A stretch of 62,683 bases of DNA, filler included, from Moniliella sp. 'wahieum' (GCA_003971905.1; 3 parts of 3 records of this genome joined end to end with filler, not necessarily neighbours in it), one strand, 5' to 3'; shown: positions 12,101 through 25,547, counted from the first letter of the whole stretch. Notes: generated by a model not told the origin, from the letters alone. A program made the numbers and translations.

Positions 12101-13498
12101 GTCGTTGATTCACATATAGAATTCAAAACGGGTGGGAGCGCAACGTACCTTGTCCCAGCGAGTCGTTCTCCATCGCCATGACCCCCACGGATCTTCGGAA
12201 GCAAGGGGCTGGTGCCAAGCACGGCCAAAGGCAGCGGCACGCTTGACGTCGTGGAGGAAGGTGCGAGCCCAGGCGGGGGTGCCGATGTACCAGGTGCCAA
12301 GCAGGCCAAAGAACCAATACGATCGGTGGTCAATCGCCGACAGCAAACCCGTCACGGGGGGGGGGAGCTCACCGCGGGTGCGAGCCAAGTTGGGCCCGTT
12401 GGGCGACGGGCCAGAGGCAATGGAGCGGCGGGTGACAATAACGACGGAAAAAAGGCGGTAATCGTAACGAGTGTAGGGCGGTGTCTTGACCGAGATGGCG
12501 AGATGGTTGGCAAACGAAAGCATATGCGGCGGGGAGGGGGGAGCTTGGATGCATCGAGTCCGAGATGGTCCCCGGGTGAGTCGAGGGTGAGGGCACGGAG
12601 GTTATTCTGGGCGGCGCGCAGATGCTCGCGGAAAGTAAGGTCGGTCAAAAAGGACTGGAACGACACATCTCCTGGGTTGCTCAGGTAGGCGACGAGAGCG
12701 AGGAGGGCAATCAAGGCGAGGCAGACGCACGCGGTGGTGGTCGAGAGGGAGGAGGAGATTTTCACCAAGGCAGAGGGTACCGAAGCTGCCGACGTGGACG
12801 TGGCCGTGACAGTGACCGTGGCTGCGGCGCTCGCACTCGCAGAGGCCGTGGTGGCCAGCAACGTCGGAGGAGGGGGAAGCAGGCCCTGGGTGTCCGCCGC
12901 CAGCGCAGGGAGGCTGCTGGGGAGCGTCGGCAGCGTCTCTGTGGGTGGGGGGTGGGTGTCGGGCGGAGTGGAAGAGGCGGCCGAGGCTGAGGAGCAGCGG
13001 GCGGAAGGGGAGGGTGGCGGTCCAGTTGATGGGGCGCGGGCCCCAGCCGGCGGGGTCGCGGGGCGGAGGGTGGCCGCGACGGCGGGGCGGAGGAGGAGGC
13101 GGCGGGGTCGGGGCGTGCGAGGACGTAGAGGGAGGCGACGAGGCCGAGGGCGATGGAGAGGATGCTGACGAGGGTGTGGAGGGCGGCGGAGGAGGCGGAG
13201 GGGGTGGCGGGGGGGCGGGGGAGGCGGCGCGGGGCGGGGCGAGCAGGGTGGAGAAGACGGCGGCGAAGGCAGCCAACGCGCCGGCCACCGCCGCCCCGCG
13301 CACGATCACAAGAAGCAGTCCCAGCACCGCGGCAAGCGGGGGGTGGGGGGGGGGTGGGGGAGTGGTGGTGGTGGGGTGGTGCACGTGGCGGTGGTGCACG
13401 TGGCGGTGGCGATGGCGGTGGTGTTGGCGGTGGTGGGCGGAGAGGAAGCGGTGGTGGTGAGCGCTGAGACTCAGCCACCACGGCCTGCATGCAGGCAA
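9159..13498 (-). CDS. Hypothetical protein: N-terminal TM segments, conserved-looking globular region, long coiled coil and disordered tail (boundaries uncertain)
   Basis: Co-oriented fragments: hydrophobic 'CVCLALIALLALVAYLSNPGDVSFQSFLTDLTFREHL', 'LSFANHLAISVKTP..YWFFGLLGTWYIG', heptad-rich ORFs 11460-12113 and 10324-11550, Pro/Ser-rich 9531-10394. Confidence 0.55.
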
Positions 13499-13659
13499 CG
13501 GGCGGAACTGCGCATTCCGCGGGGGCGGGGCGTACGTAAGGGGGTGGGCGACCTGTCGGGCGTGGGCGGGCGGGGAGCTTCTTGGCTCTGCTCCACCACA
13601 GCCTTGCGCTGCGTTTTGCCCGTTTCATTTCTGCGCACCAACCCTAGTCTGCCCGCGCC

Positions 13660-15838
13660 ATGAGCGAGCCCGCCGCCCCACCACCAACACCACCGCCAGC
13701 ACCGTCCCCGCCACCTCCAACACCGCCACCGCCACCCCAGCGCCGTCCCCACCACCACCACCACCGCCTCCCCATCCCACCCCCCACCACCTAACCCACC
13801 CCCACCACCTCTCCAGTCCGCGCCGCCTCGCCCCCCGGCACCGCCCTCGCCCTCTCGCCCACCCCCACCCCACCTCCACCACCTCCCACCCCCCGCCCAA
13901 GGAGGTCCCCCAATGGGACCCCAGCCTCACCATCGGCGGCCTCGCCCCGGCCCCATCACCCTCACCACCGCCCAGGTCAAGTTCCTCCAGAACGTCATCA
14001 AGGCCCTCAAGGGCCGCATCGAGGCCCGCCCCTTCCTCGCCCCCGTTGACCCCGTCGCCCAGGGCGTGCCCCACTACCCCACCATCGTCACCACCCCATG
14101 GACCTCGGCACCGTCGACATCAAGCTCGCCCTCACCGCCGCCACCCTCAAGGGCGGCAACAAGCCCACCGAGAAGGTCAAGCTCGCGCCCAGTTGGGGCC
14201 TCGATGTGCGCTCCGACGTCTACCTCACGCCGCAGCAGGTCCAAGACGACGTGCGCCTCGTCTTAACAACACGCGCATCTTCAATGGCCCCGCCACCTCA
14301 TCTCGCTCAACGCCGAGTGCTCGAGTCGGTTTTGACAAGCACATCCGATCCCTTCCCTCTGCCACCACCGCACCCGCCCTGCCCCCCTCCGACGCGACCC
14401 GTTCCTTGTCCTCCTTTAGCCACGCCCCCAAACGCGAGATCCACCCGCCACCATCAAAAGACATCCTCTACGAGGAGCTCCCCAGCGGCCAGACCCGGCG
14501 CAAGTCCAAGCTCTTCAATGCTGCCCAGTCCGAGGCCGAGGCGGCTCACTGGGACAAAGTCGCCGCGGCCGAGCTCAAATTTTGCGCCAAGGTGGTGGAG
14601 GAATTGTTCAAGCCTTCCCACTCGGACGTGGCGTGGGTGTTTTATGACTTGCCCGATCGGTCGCTGGACTATGCACCGGCGTATTATGCCATGATCCACC
14701 ACCCCATTTCCCTTTCTGACCTGCAGCTGCGACTGCGTCAAGGCCAGTACGCCGACGCAGCCGAGTTTGACGCAGATGTGCAACTCTTGTTTCGCAACTG
14801 CTTTACCTTCAACCCGCCTGGGTCGGATGTGTACGTGATGGGCGAGCGGCTGAAGGCCGTGTACGAGCGGGTCTGGGCCAAGCGGCCCGAGCCCAAACCG
14901 TTTGTCGAGGACCCGATCGAACCCACGCCTGTGCCCGAATCCAATTTGTTGGCCCAAGCACTGCGCGACCAGGCTCACCTTCTTGTACTCCAAGCCGAGG
15001 AGATGGAGGCGGAGAAGCCGACACAGCGTGCGATCGCCCATGCTCGATCCACCTTGTCTCTCTTGGGCGCGCTACCGGACGGCGTACTGGCATCTTCTCC
15101 CAGTGGATACGGGGGCGGAGGCAGTGTGACCGGCGGCGCGAAACGACGCAAATCGGTTGCGACCAGCGAGAATGGCAGTAAACGCCCTCCCGCCAAGCGC
15201 CCCCAAGAAAGTTCCGGGCCTCGAGCAAGGCGTCGGCGGCCCGCGCCAGCACACCGGGCGACGTTGGGTCGTGCCAGTGGCTAGCTCGGCACCGGCAGCG
15301 GCAAAGCGCCCTGCCGCCAAAAACCTGCCCCCAAGCGCGCACGCAAGTCCAAGACGGCCGCCTCGGACGAGGAGGACGAGGAAGACATACGGTTGGTCAC
15401 GTACGAGCAAAAGGAGGAGTTGGCCAACAGATCACTACCTTGCCCGAAGACCGACTGGAGGGCGCACTGAAGATCATTGCGGAGGACAAACCAGACTCGG
15501 CGTGGAGGAGGAAGAGATTGAGTTGGACATTGATGATTTGAGTCCGCGCACGCTGTACAAGTTGTACCGCTACGTTGTGCGTCCCAAGGAAAAAGACGAC
15601 GCACAGCAAGCCAGTCAAGAATGCGAATGATGGGCGCAAGCGCGGCACGGGCGGCTTGAAGGGCAAGACGCTCAACGAGTCGGAGGAAACGGCTAGGATC
15701 GAACGGTTGCAGGCCCAGCTACAGCAGTTTGAAGGGTCGGCATTGGGCTTTGATGCGCCCCTGCCAGCCACGCATGATGATCTGGTCAACTCGGATAGCT
15801 CCGACTCGGAGAGCGACATGTCGGGCGAAGACTTTTGA
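13660..15838 (+). CDS. BDF1: BET-family double bromodomain + ET domain protein (frameshifted)
   Basis: BD1 'ARPFLAPVDPVAQGVPHYPTIV..MDLGTVDIKL'; linker 'PKREIHPPPSKD'; BD2 'PAYYAMIHHPISL..EFDADVQLLFRNCFTFNPPGSDVY'; ET 'VTYEQKEELA..EEIELDIDDLSPRTLYKLYRYV'. Confidence 0.9.
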
Positions 15839-16585
15839 AGAGTCGCAAGCGGCGGGTTGCCCTCTGCTCTGCTCTTCTGTGTTGCTCAAGGGTCTTGCCT
15901 GCAATGCCTCCCTGGCCATTCATCATCGATCCCGCCTCCTGTCTGCTTGCTTGTGACGTGCGTAGTAGGTATAGACCAGTCACTTCCAACGAGCACAGGT
16001 GTCGACTGTGACCACTGACCGGCGATCGCTCTGCGGAATGCTCTATTATAGGTGCGATCATGGTCAGCTGCCGAAGGGGCAGGAGCCAACCAGGACAAGG
16101 CAGTGTGCCACCATGTCACAGACGACGTGCCAAAGAGAAAGGGAGGTGGTGCTATTATAGCCTCCCACATTCACTTGCCCATATATATATTCCAGTGCCT
16201 TTTGCAACCTCAAGGCCGCTGAGCTGACTCTTGCGTTGGGCCCACACACCTGCCCAGACTCCCTCACTGGAAGGCTGGATCAGACTATCTCTGGCGCACT
16301 GTTGCAGCCCAAAACAGACTGCAGATGATGTACCAGCAATTAAATGAAAAGGCAGTCGATTGTGTTGATGGGGGCGTCTTGATATGTCATTGCGTATCTC
16401 GTTTGCTCGTTTGCTGGCCGGCAGAGACGGCTGTCCCTCCAGACGGGGTAACATACATGGCCACGTGCACGGTCGTTAAGTCGGAATCTTCAGCGGGCGT
16501 CCGGAAGGGTATGGCGCTGTCCTCGTTGGTGCGCCGAGCACTTCAAACGAGCGCCGGCGAGGCTGTGGGAGAGGTGCTCTGGGTA

Positions 16586-18675
16586 CTAGGCAACGTGGCC
16601 GGAACCAGCGGGGGGGACAGGACGTGGACCGCGGCAAGCCCTCAATCTCTCTGCCTCAAGAGTAGGATGATGCTCCAGCTGTTGGGCCAAGCGGTGGACT
16701 TGGGCCCGGTGCTGGTCCAGCACGCGTCGCGCGTGGCTCAACGCCTTGGCCAGGGCTTTTTCTACCGCCTCGTCCACGAGGGCTTGGGTGGCGCGGGAAT
16801 CGACTGGGGTTTGGTCCGTGGCAGAGGAGAGGCCAAGGGACCTAGGCTGCTCATCCCAAATCGGACCACCATCGCTCGTGCCAACCGGTCGCTTCCGCCA
16901 GCTCGTCCTGGCTCCGAGGTGAGTGACGGCAAGAAAAGCATCTCCCCAGCCCGGCCGGCTAAGAGGCAGGCGAGGCGCTGCTCCAGCTCGGCTTGTGAGG
17001 CCAACTCGGACGTAGGCCGAGCCACAATCCATCCTGGCGCCGAGCTGGTCCCGATGCCCACCCCCGCACGCGCCACGCCCGCGACAGGGCAGGTACCATC
17101 GCGCAGCAATGCGAGCGGCAGTATGCACGCGGGCCGTCTGCTCTTCCTTCAACAGAGCCGGCCGAGGACCAAGAGGCCCCTTTTGTACCCGTGCCACCGC
17201 AAGGTCCAAATGCGTTGGCTCACCCACTCGGCGCCCTGTCGTGCGGCAAGCAGCGCCGCATCGTTGCACAGGACGCGATCGCTGCCCCTGACCAATCTGG
17301 CGTGGCGGCAGCAAGCAGCGGGCCAGCTTGGTGCGGTCCAGGGCTGGGTCCAATTGCAACGGAGCGAGGTGGACCGAGAAGATGGCTCGTCGGCCTCTTC
17401 ATCTGGCGCGGGCAGCGCAATGTGACGGTCAAACCGACCGGCCCGCTTCACCGCCTCGTCCAGCACATCGGGACGGTTGGTCGCAGCCAAGACCAAGACA
17501 TTTTCCTGGGTGGAAAACCCATCGAGTTGAACCACAGCAACTCGTTCAGCGTCGCTTCCCGCTCGTCGCACCCACCGCCCATACCCTCGGCCCCGGCGCC
17601 GCGTGCGCGCGCCAACGCATCAATCTCATCCACAAAGATCAGCTGGGTGCATTGGAACGCGCCTGCTCAAACAGTTCCCGCACCCGCGCCGCCCCAACCC
17701 CCACATACGTGTCACTAAACTCGGACCCCGAACATGCATAGCGGAACGCGCGCTTCGCCCGCAATCGCGCGCGCTAAAAACGTTTTGCCCATCCCGGCGG
17801 ACCGGTCAGCAGAGCTCCCCGCGGGCGGGCGCCCAGTTGGCGCGCCCGATGCGCATGGGGCGCCGACAGAAACGAAACCAGTTCTTCCACCTCGGCCTTG
17901 GCGGGGCCCAAGCCCGCGACAGAGGCGAGGGTGATGCTGGACCGTGGGGCGGACGGAGCGGCAGCTCGAGCGCCGGAACCGAGAAGCGACTTGGTTTGGC
18001 CCCAGAGGGATTGACCCGCATTACGCCACGAAAGTCCCCCCGGGGATGTGAGGCTGTGCCGCGCCATCGAGAAAGAGAAGGAACGCACAGAAGCCCAGGG
18101 TGGGAGCCAAGGCCCAGGCCATGTCCCATCCGTACGAATCGGAAAACCGGACGGGAGGAAATACGTCCCTCTGCTCCGATGGGAGGGCCGCAAGCGCCGT
18201 GTCCAGATGCGCCTCGACCCATTCGGCCGACGGAACATTGACGAGGAAATGCTTGGTGTGAGCGGCCGGGCCCGAGAGGGAGATGCCCTTGGACAGCAGG
18301 TCGGCATAGGGGTTGAGGTGGATGTGGGCGCGGGTGCCACCGACAACCTCGATGCGGTGCACCAGGCCCGACGGAAGCAACACGCGGCTCACCTCGTCCC
18401 AGGATAGTTCCATGGCTGCCTCTTCGGGCGGGGAGGATGTGGAGGCGAGGTAGGCGGCGGCGGCGAGGATGATGCCGGCCTGCGTATGGGTGAGGCGGAA
18501 GGAGGATGGATGGTGGTGGTTGCTGGTGTTGGTGGTGGTGGGAGGCGGTGCTGCGGTGGAGACGCTGGTGAGCAGGCGCGAGGGGGTGGGAGGGTATTTG
18601 CGCCAGCGGCGGCCGACGCGACGGCAGGCTGCGCAGCGTCCGAGGCAACGACGGCAGCAGCACTGGGGGGCGCAT
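16586..18675 (-). CDS. FtsH/AFG3-like mitochondrial AAA protein with a degenerate M41 peptidase site (frameshifted; 3' end approximate)
   Basis: Arg-rich presequence and two TM segments; '[19 protein letters not shown]', Walker A GPPGxGKT (across an indel), '[20 protein letters not shown]', Walker B 'FVDEIDA', '[33 protein letters not shown]', 'LAGRAGE', 'MVVRFGMS'. HEXXH is replaced by HTAAR. Confidence 0.88.
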
Positions 18676-19930
18676 GGTGGGATGGGGGGGCGAAGGAGGC
18701 GACGGAAGGAGGGAAGAAAAGAAGGTGGACAAGACGCCGTCTGTAGGAGCGCCCACAGCCACGCCTCTGACAGCACGCATAACCTCCCCAGGGACTGAGT
18801 ACTGAAGACACAGCGGGGCGGCAGACTGAGAGCAGGTGTATTATAATTTGCCAAGTGGGGTCATAATGCGTTGGACGCACCAGACGGCCAGTCGGGCAGA
18901 GCCGGGAGCATCGCCCGGGGCGCCACACTGGGGCACCGACGGTCAATATCAATAGCCTCCTCCTTGAGGCGAACCCACCAAGCACATCGCTCCACTTCTT
19001 GCCCAGACGACACCCATCACCCACCCATCACCCGAGCTGCCTTCCTGCCCGCCCCTGGGCGCCCAAAATGGGCTGAGATGCTCAGCCAGCCCGCCGCGCG
19101 GGGTAAATAGCAAATCCCAATCCCCACTCAACATTTCCATCCCCGTGGGGCTGCGCGCCACCCCCACACAACGCCCCCACAATAACAGCTGCTGCTGACC
19201 ACACCCGTTCCAAGTCCACCCTTGGGCCCCTCGGAGAGGTGGCCGAGTACTTGGCCCCACCGACGCCGACAAGCAAATGGGGCACGATCTGGGAACCTTG
19301 CCGTTCTTCCCTGTGGTGGGATGGGTGAACAACGATTTTGCCCATTACATCCCACAGAACGGTTTTGCCAGTTATGCCTACAGAGGCGGCGCGGATACGC
19401 AAGGACATTATGCTCATGATCGTAAGCGCGGAATACGCAAGGACATTATGCTCATGATCGTACTGTTTGGCGGGGAGCCACATTTGCTCTGTGTACGAAT
19501 CCCCTGGGATACGGTGGTGGACTGTGCGAGCCGTTGACCAGCTTCTTCTTGGACGGAGAGCTGGGGCAGAAGGGAGCGGATGAATGGGCGCTTGGGTACA
19601 TCCTTGTTGGGATCAGACCCACTGCTGTGGTCACACTTCTAGTCACCAGATTGACTGGCCCCTGATTTGTTCTAGACCCTGACTTCCCTCTTTGGCTATG
19701 CTCCCCGTTCCTTCTTCATGTGACTTAGCTTGCATGTTCTCTTCTCTCCGAGGCATATATACCTCACCCTCTTTTTCCACTCGATGAATATGATTCTCAT
19801 CCTTTCCCCCATTCTCCATCTCTCTTGTTAAGTTTGATCATCCCACTCAGCCTTCCTGGCTTTTAGCCCAACTACTCACCCCATCTTGTTCGACATCTCC
19901 CTCCGCCCTACCTCACTCCCCTCCCACCCC

Positions 19931-21326
19931 ATGTCCAATCGCCGCGCCTTTGAACGCAACGCGGCCAGCCCCAAGATGGACGATCAATCTCCGACGGCAA
20001 CGACTCTTCCACTACACGGCCATCCCACCATGGTACCTCAAGGATGGCCCCCTCCCCCGTGATCGCGTGATCACTTCCCCCACCGCCGCCCCTGTCCCGA
20101 CATGCAATCCAATGCCGCCGACCCTATACAGGCCCTACTTCCCCCGGCTGCACACCTTGGTGGCCGAAGCCTGCACGCCCGCCTCCCCGCCCGAACAGGC
20201 GAACAGGCGAACACGTGCCCGAACCCGCACTCGAGCCTAAACCTACTTCTCCATCTCTCTCCTCGGACGTTCGCTCTGCCATACGCACTGTCTGCCGCGA
20301 CCGCGGAACTCAGCAATTGTCACACGCAGCCGACAAGTGGGTGTCCGCGCCTGATTCCATCGTACGCGGTCGCTACCATCACTCCCAACGCCCATGTGAC
20401 ATCTTTCTCAATGGCCCTGCTTCCGCGAAAAGTATGACGCTCAACTCGACCTCGCTCTTTGGGCCGTTGTGGATACTGACATCCCCTCCGACTGTCCTGC
20501 CCAAGCACTCTGGGAAACCCCCAACATCGCCTCAACTGCAAACAAGGTGCTGACCGCCGATTTTGCCGCAGCGACTGCCGTCGATGGCTTCAAATCCCTG
20601 TTCGACGTACAGAACACCTAATGCGTTACGCAGGCTCCGTCACCACTCGTATTGTGGATCTACGCGGCCAGTTCAATGCCATTTTCCCAAGTCTGACGAG
20701 ATGTGGTGGCATATCCTCATTCGAGCAATCCGAAACGACTCTTTTGCGGCCGACTGCCGTGGCCTGCCTTGGGACCAAACGGTGGCAATGGCATACGCCA
20801 CTGAGCTGCCCATCAAGCCCCAAAGCTTCCCTGGGTCCCTGACACCTGCACAGGCCTCTGTTAATCATACGTCCCCGACATGCTTCCACTTACCGTGCGA
20901 TGTGGTGCCGCGCTCTACAAGCGTTGGCTCGCTTGACCCAACCGGACCAGATTTGCACGGTGTTGCGGCGGCGTGTGGCACCAAGGGTTGCTGGCGTGGT
21001 ACTCGCAATCAACTCAGCCAACTGTCTGCCGGTCGTCATGGCCAAGTTCCAAGTTCTGCTTCGAGTCGAGAGTCCAAAATGGCACAGTAGAATACGTGGC
21101 GCTGCGGGGGTTCAACCATGTTCCTTGTCGCTGTTGGCCACGGGTACACACAGTTTTCTCACAGAACCCCCTTATTGCAGTGCTCGATCATGAATGTGCT
21201 CTTTTGCCACAATCTTACTCCTGGGTGACGCAAAAATGGAGGAAGATGAGGAGGAAGATGCGGATACGTTTCCTTTCCCGAGCACAGCGGCTCACGCCCA
21301 GACCAAGGGGCGCCGCTGGCGGATGA
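19931..21326 (+). CDS. Hypothetical protein (fragmented by indels)
   Basis: ATG after a CT-rich leader, then overlapping protein-like plus-strand fragments (e.g. 'DEMWWHILIRAIRNDSF', 'VEYVALRGFNHVPC'). No family recognised. Confidence 0.35.
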
Positions 21327-22159
21327 AGACAGTAAGATCATGGCAACAGCGTGCTCCGCCTCTTCTCCTCGTGCCAGGCCTCGGAGCCACGGTGATTGGG
21401 ATGGCTGTCAGTCCCTGATGCGAGCAGCCTGGCAACGGGACGGATGGCGTATGGAGGCGCAGGCTCGGCTGGCATCTTCTCTGCTAGCGGGCTGGTGTCG
21501 TTGCACAGGAAGCTATGGCTTGGCTTGATATGAGAGTTGATGGGTTGGCGTACGTTGGTGGAGTAAATTACTTGTCAGAACTGGCGGGCGGTAGGGTTGC
21601 GCGAGAGTTTAATGTTTCACGTGTCCACCGTCGCGCACCAGGCACCAGGCGTCAGGCGTGCGATGTCACATGCACGTCACACCCCTGCTTCCAACCATCG
21701 ACCATCACGCGTCACGCACCACGCCTGCTGCATCATCCTTCGGGATGCACACGTGGAGTGGCCGAGGCCCGACAGGCGCTGTGCTGGGCCGAACCGGCGC
21801 GTGGCGGCAGTGTGGGCCCCGTGCTGACTAGACTCGCTCCCCGGCGGTCGCGCAAGCACTGCAGCGCGGCGGCGAGCACCCCGTCGGTACTCCAGCCGGC
21901 GAGCCCGAGCGGAGTGGATTTGCCACCACCATCTCCTCCCCTCACGCCCCGCCTCCTCCCTCCCTCCCTCCCCGTCCTCCCCTCCCTCCTCCGCCTCCGC
22001 CTCGCGCCCCCCCTTCTGCCCGCCCCGTCCCGCTCGCTCCGTTCGTTTCCTGCGCTGGACGCCCTCTGCCCTTCGCCCGGCCAGTCCTTTCCTCCATCCT
22101 CGATACCACCCCCATCCCCGTGCCCCTCACCTCCTTCGCTCCCGTCCATCGCTGTTCCC

Positions 22160-22980
22160 ATGACTCTCGCCACCACCGCCACCGTCCGTCCTCATCCACC
22201 GGCTCCGTCGCCTTTGCCAGCTCGCCTCTCCTCACACGCATCCTCGAGCTGCGCGACTTTCATGCCGACCTCAAGACCCGCGACATTCAGGCCATCTTCC
22301 GTCCCTGGGAGGACGACCGCGGCGGGTTCAAGATCAAATGGGTCGATGACAACTGCGTCTATGTCGTATTTGCCGACCCTGCTACGGGTACGTATGTCTG
22401 TCGTGTCTACATAGAGCTCTCCCATGCTGACCCTGCTCTCACAGCCAAGCGCGCCTATCTGACGCGTCTTCTCCACCCGCACCCGGGTCTGAAGAACGCA
22501 CCGGGAAAGAAGGCCCAGGTGCGCCCGTACGACGGAGCCAATGCCGGCTCCATCCTCGCCTCGGTGCAGAACCGGCCGCGGAGCCGGATCGCGGGCTCGC
22601 ACGCTCGCGGCGCCAGCTCCGTGAGCTCCTTGGCCTCGATCCCTGAGCCCAACGTGCCTGCAGCCCCGATGCGACGGACGTGCATGGGCACTCGACCTCC
22701 ATTTCGTCAGTCACCTCGTCCGGAGGCTACGAGCGCGGCCACAAGCCCACAGTATCCCTCGGAAGCTTGGGTGGCCTGGCCGGCTGCCTGCCAAACCCGC
22801 CCACTCGTCCATGGCGGGCGGTCCGGCGATCCCCAACCGGTTCGGCCACCGCACCGAGCTCAGCGGATCGTCCACGGCGAGTGGAAGTGGGTCGGTGTCG
22901 CGCTGGGCCCAGACGTCGGCGGGGATGCAGGATCCGGATGAGACGGTGACCGGCTTGCCGGCGCTGTCGGCGTCGTGATG
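22160..22980 (+). CDS. Atypical RRM protein of the R3HCC1/Thc1-like type (intron 22388-22444)
   Basis: 'RILELRDFHADLKTRDIQAIFRPWEDDRGGFKIKWVDDNCVYVVFADPAT|AKRAYL' carries the KWVDD signature. The intron has GTACGT..CTGAC..CAG. Confidence 0.7.
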
Positions 22981-24045
22981 ACTGCTGCTTTCCTATCTGG
23001 CCCTGTACTATCCTCTGTATATGCTCATCCAGTCTCGTTTACTACGAGCTCGAGCCGGGCCGGGCATGGCGTGGGTCGCATGCGCCTTGACGTAGGCAAT
23101 CGGACAGTCCCAAAGGTAGTGGCGAGAAGCCCAAGACTGTGGTTGGTTTATTAGCACCTCAGCTTTGTGGGGAGCTAAACGGACTGGCCTGCCACGAATG
23201 GGTTCATTTGACACTCCCCCTCCCCCTCCCCCCCTCCCTTTCCTACCGCCAGTTTCTCCACGACGTTATCGGCATTGTCTCTCCACTGTTCCTTCCCTCA
23301 CATCCCCCTGGTTTCCCGGCTTGCCTCTTTCTCACCCTTGGGTCTGACCGACTTGAAGCTTGCAGCCAGAAGTTCAATGCTAACATAAGTTCAAGCACAG
23401 TGTTCTGCAGCCCATGTGCTCATCGAGCTCATCCGATCTCTCTCGTGACGCTCTACTGCATCTGCTGAACAATAAATGCTCTGCCTTCTCGTCCCTAGCA
23501 GGCCCCCGCCCCATGAACACCGGCACTGGCCATGTGGCTGGGTGCGATGCGTGCCGAACGGAGGATGGGACGGATGGGATGGATTGAGCCGCCGCTGGTG
23601 GTGCGTTTGGCGGCGGCCAGCGCGGCAGCTGCTCTTTTCGCCAGATGTGCCCACTGCACCACCGTTTGCGCCTGCCCTGCCGAAACGACAGGCTTGCGGC
23701 GCAACTTTCAGGCGGCCGCATCCGCTCCACGGCACGCGCACAGCAATGCTGTGATGTGCCGCGCACTGGCCCCGTGCCCCGGTTGGCTGCGGTCCACCCG
23801 GCAGATTGAACGTTGAACATTGAACTTGCATCTGCAATGTTCAACTGGCGCCCGCACGCGGCGTAGTGCCTCGGCCGCCGTGCCGTCTGCAGCCCACCTG
23901 GCCCATCTGTCCCACGCCCACCTACTCCGCCTATAACCCTTCCTCCCCATGGCGCCCCCCCCCGCCCCCCCCCCCGCGGCGGCGCCCCTCCGCACCCGCC
24001 CGCCACGCATCCACCCCGCCGCCATCATAGCGTCGCTGCCGCCAC

Positions 24046-24076
<31 letters not shown>

Positions 24077-24103
24077 CTCGCCCTCCTCCACACCCGCCCA
24101 GCC

Positions 24104-24932
24104 ATGTCGAGCGCAGCCGCCTGCGCGTACGCCGCCCACGCAGGCAGATGGCCTGGGGCCTTCTTCCACCCGCCCCTCCCGCCCCTGCTCGCCTTCGTCG
24201 CCACCCTCTGCCGCATCGCCTCCATCCTCATCCTCACCCCGCTTGTCGGCCTCATCCTCGTCGACGTGGCCAGCTATGCCGTTTTCCCGCACCCTGGGTA
24301 CGTTCCCCCCCTCGCCCTCCTGCCGCCTCCCCGCGCTCTCCTTCCTGACTCCTTCTCCCCCGCCCAGGCCTGCGCAAAGTCCGCGTGCACGTCCGTCCCC
24401 GCCGTTCTCGTCCCAAGATGGCCCCCACGCTGGCCAAGGAGGGCGACTTTGTCGCCTGGCCTGGCCCCCACGCGCATGTGTACCAGCACCCGTCCTCTGC
24501 ACCCCCGCTTCGCATCCACCTGGCGAAAAGGCTCCGCTGCTGACCCCAGGCACGTACGATGCATCGACGCTTCTGGCCAACCACCGGGCCCGCAAGGCCA
24601 GTGCAACCAGTGCCACCGACTCCCTCCCTGCGCTGCGGCCACTCGCCCTGTCCACGCCTCCCAACGAAAGCGAGCCGGAGACCGAGCAGGATGAGATGAT
24701 GCATGTCGAAGAGCTGGCCGAGGTGGATCCACCCATTGGACGAGCAAGAGCCAGGCTCGATGGATGTGGGTGTTCATGGCCCGCTGGGTTTTGATGATTT
24801 GACATGGACGAATCGGATGTCTCGGTGCCGTCAACGCCGAGGCTGGGAGCGCAGATGAGCCTCACCCCCATCCACCCGTTGGAGCCGAGCCCACTGCGAC
24901 ACCGTACCGCGGCCACACCGACTGCACACTGA
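24104..24932 (+). CDS. Hypothetical small membrane protein with disordered tail
   Basis: TATA-like TATAA at ~23932. 'LLAFVATLCRIASILILTPLVGLILVDVASYAVF' hydrophobic segment, a GTACGT donor near 24298, then an acidic/Pro-rich tail. Confidence 0.45.
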
Positions 24933-25547
24933 TTAGCACCATCTCCTTCTCCCCACCATTCTTCGCTTTCCTTTGCTTTCCTTTGACGATTACCCTGCCC
25001 CCCCCCCTCCATCTCCTCCCATTCTTCTGCCGCCCCCTTTAACTCCTCCCCTTTCTGCTCTGCACTACTTATGTACTTTCGTCCTTACTTTCCCCGCCTG
25101 CCCCCTCCCTCCCTGTCCTCCTCCTGTCCTCCTCCCTGTCTTTGTCCCTGGCCCTTCCATGCTTGTCTTTGTCGCTGCGATGTACGCGCGATCGGATGTG
25201 ATGGTGGGCGCGGCGCGTTCATACAACACACAACGGCCACTACGCTCATGCAGTCCTGTCCCGTCCTGTCTGACCCAATGCTGTGGGTGGAAGGAAGAAT
25301 GCGATGCAGTGCACGTGCAATGCAATCAGGTGCGAATAGGACGGCAAGCGAAAGCTACCCGCAGACCCAGCCGTCTCTTACTAGTCATCTAGTACTCACT
25401 GCCGGCCGAGGGGCCACAAAGCTAAAATGCACCCCACCGGCGCCAAAGCGCTGGCTGGCCACTCGCTATAACGAACTGCTCCTACGTGCGCCCAGCGCCT
25501 CTCACGTCGACCACTCCCACCGCCACCCCATCCCCACCACCGCTGCC

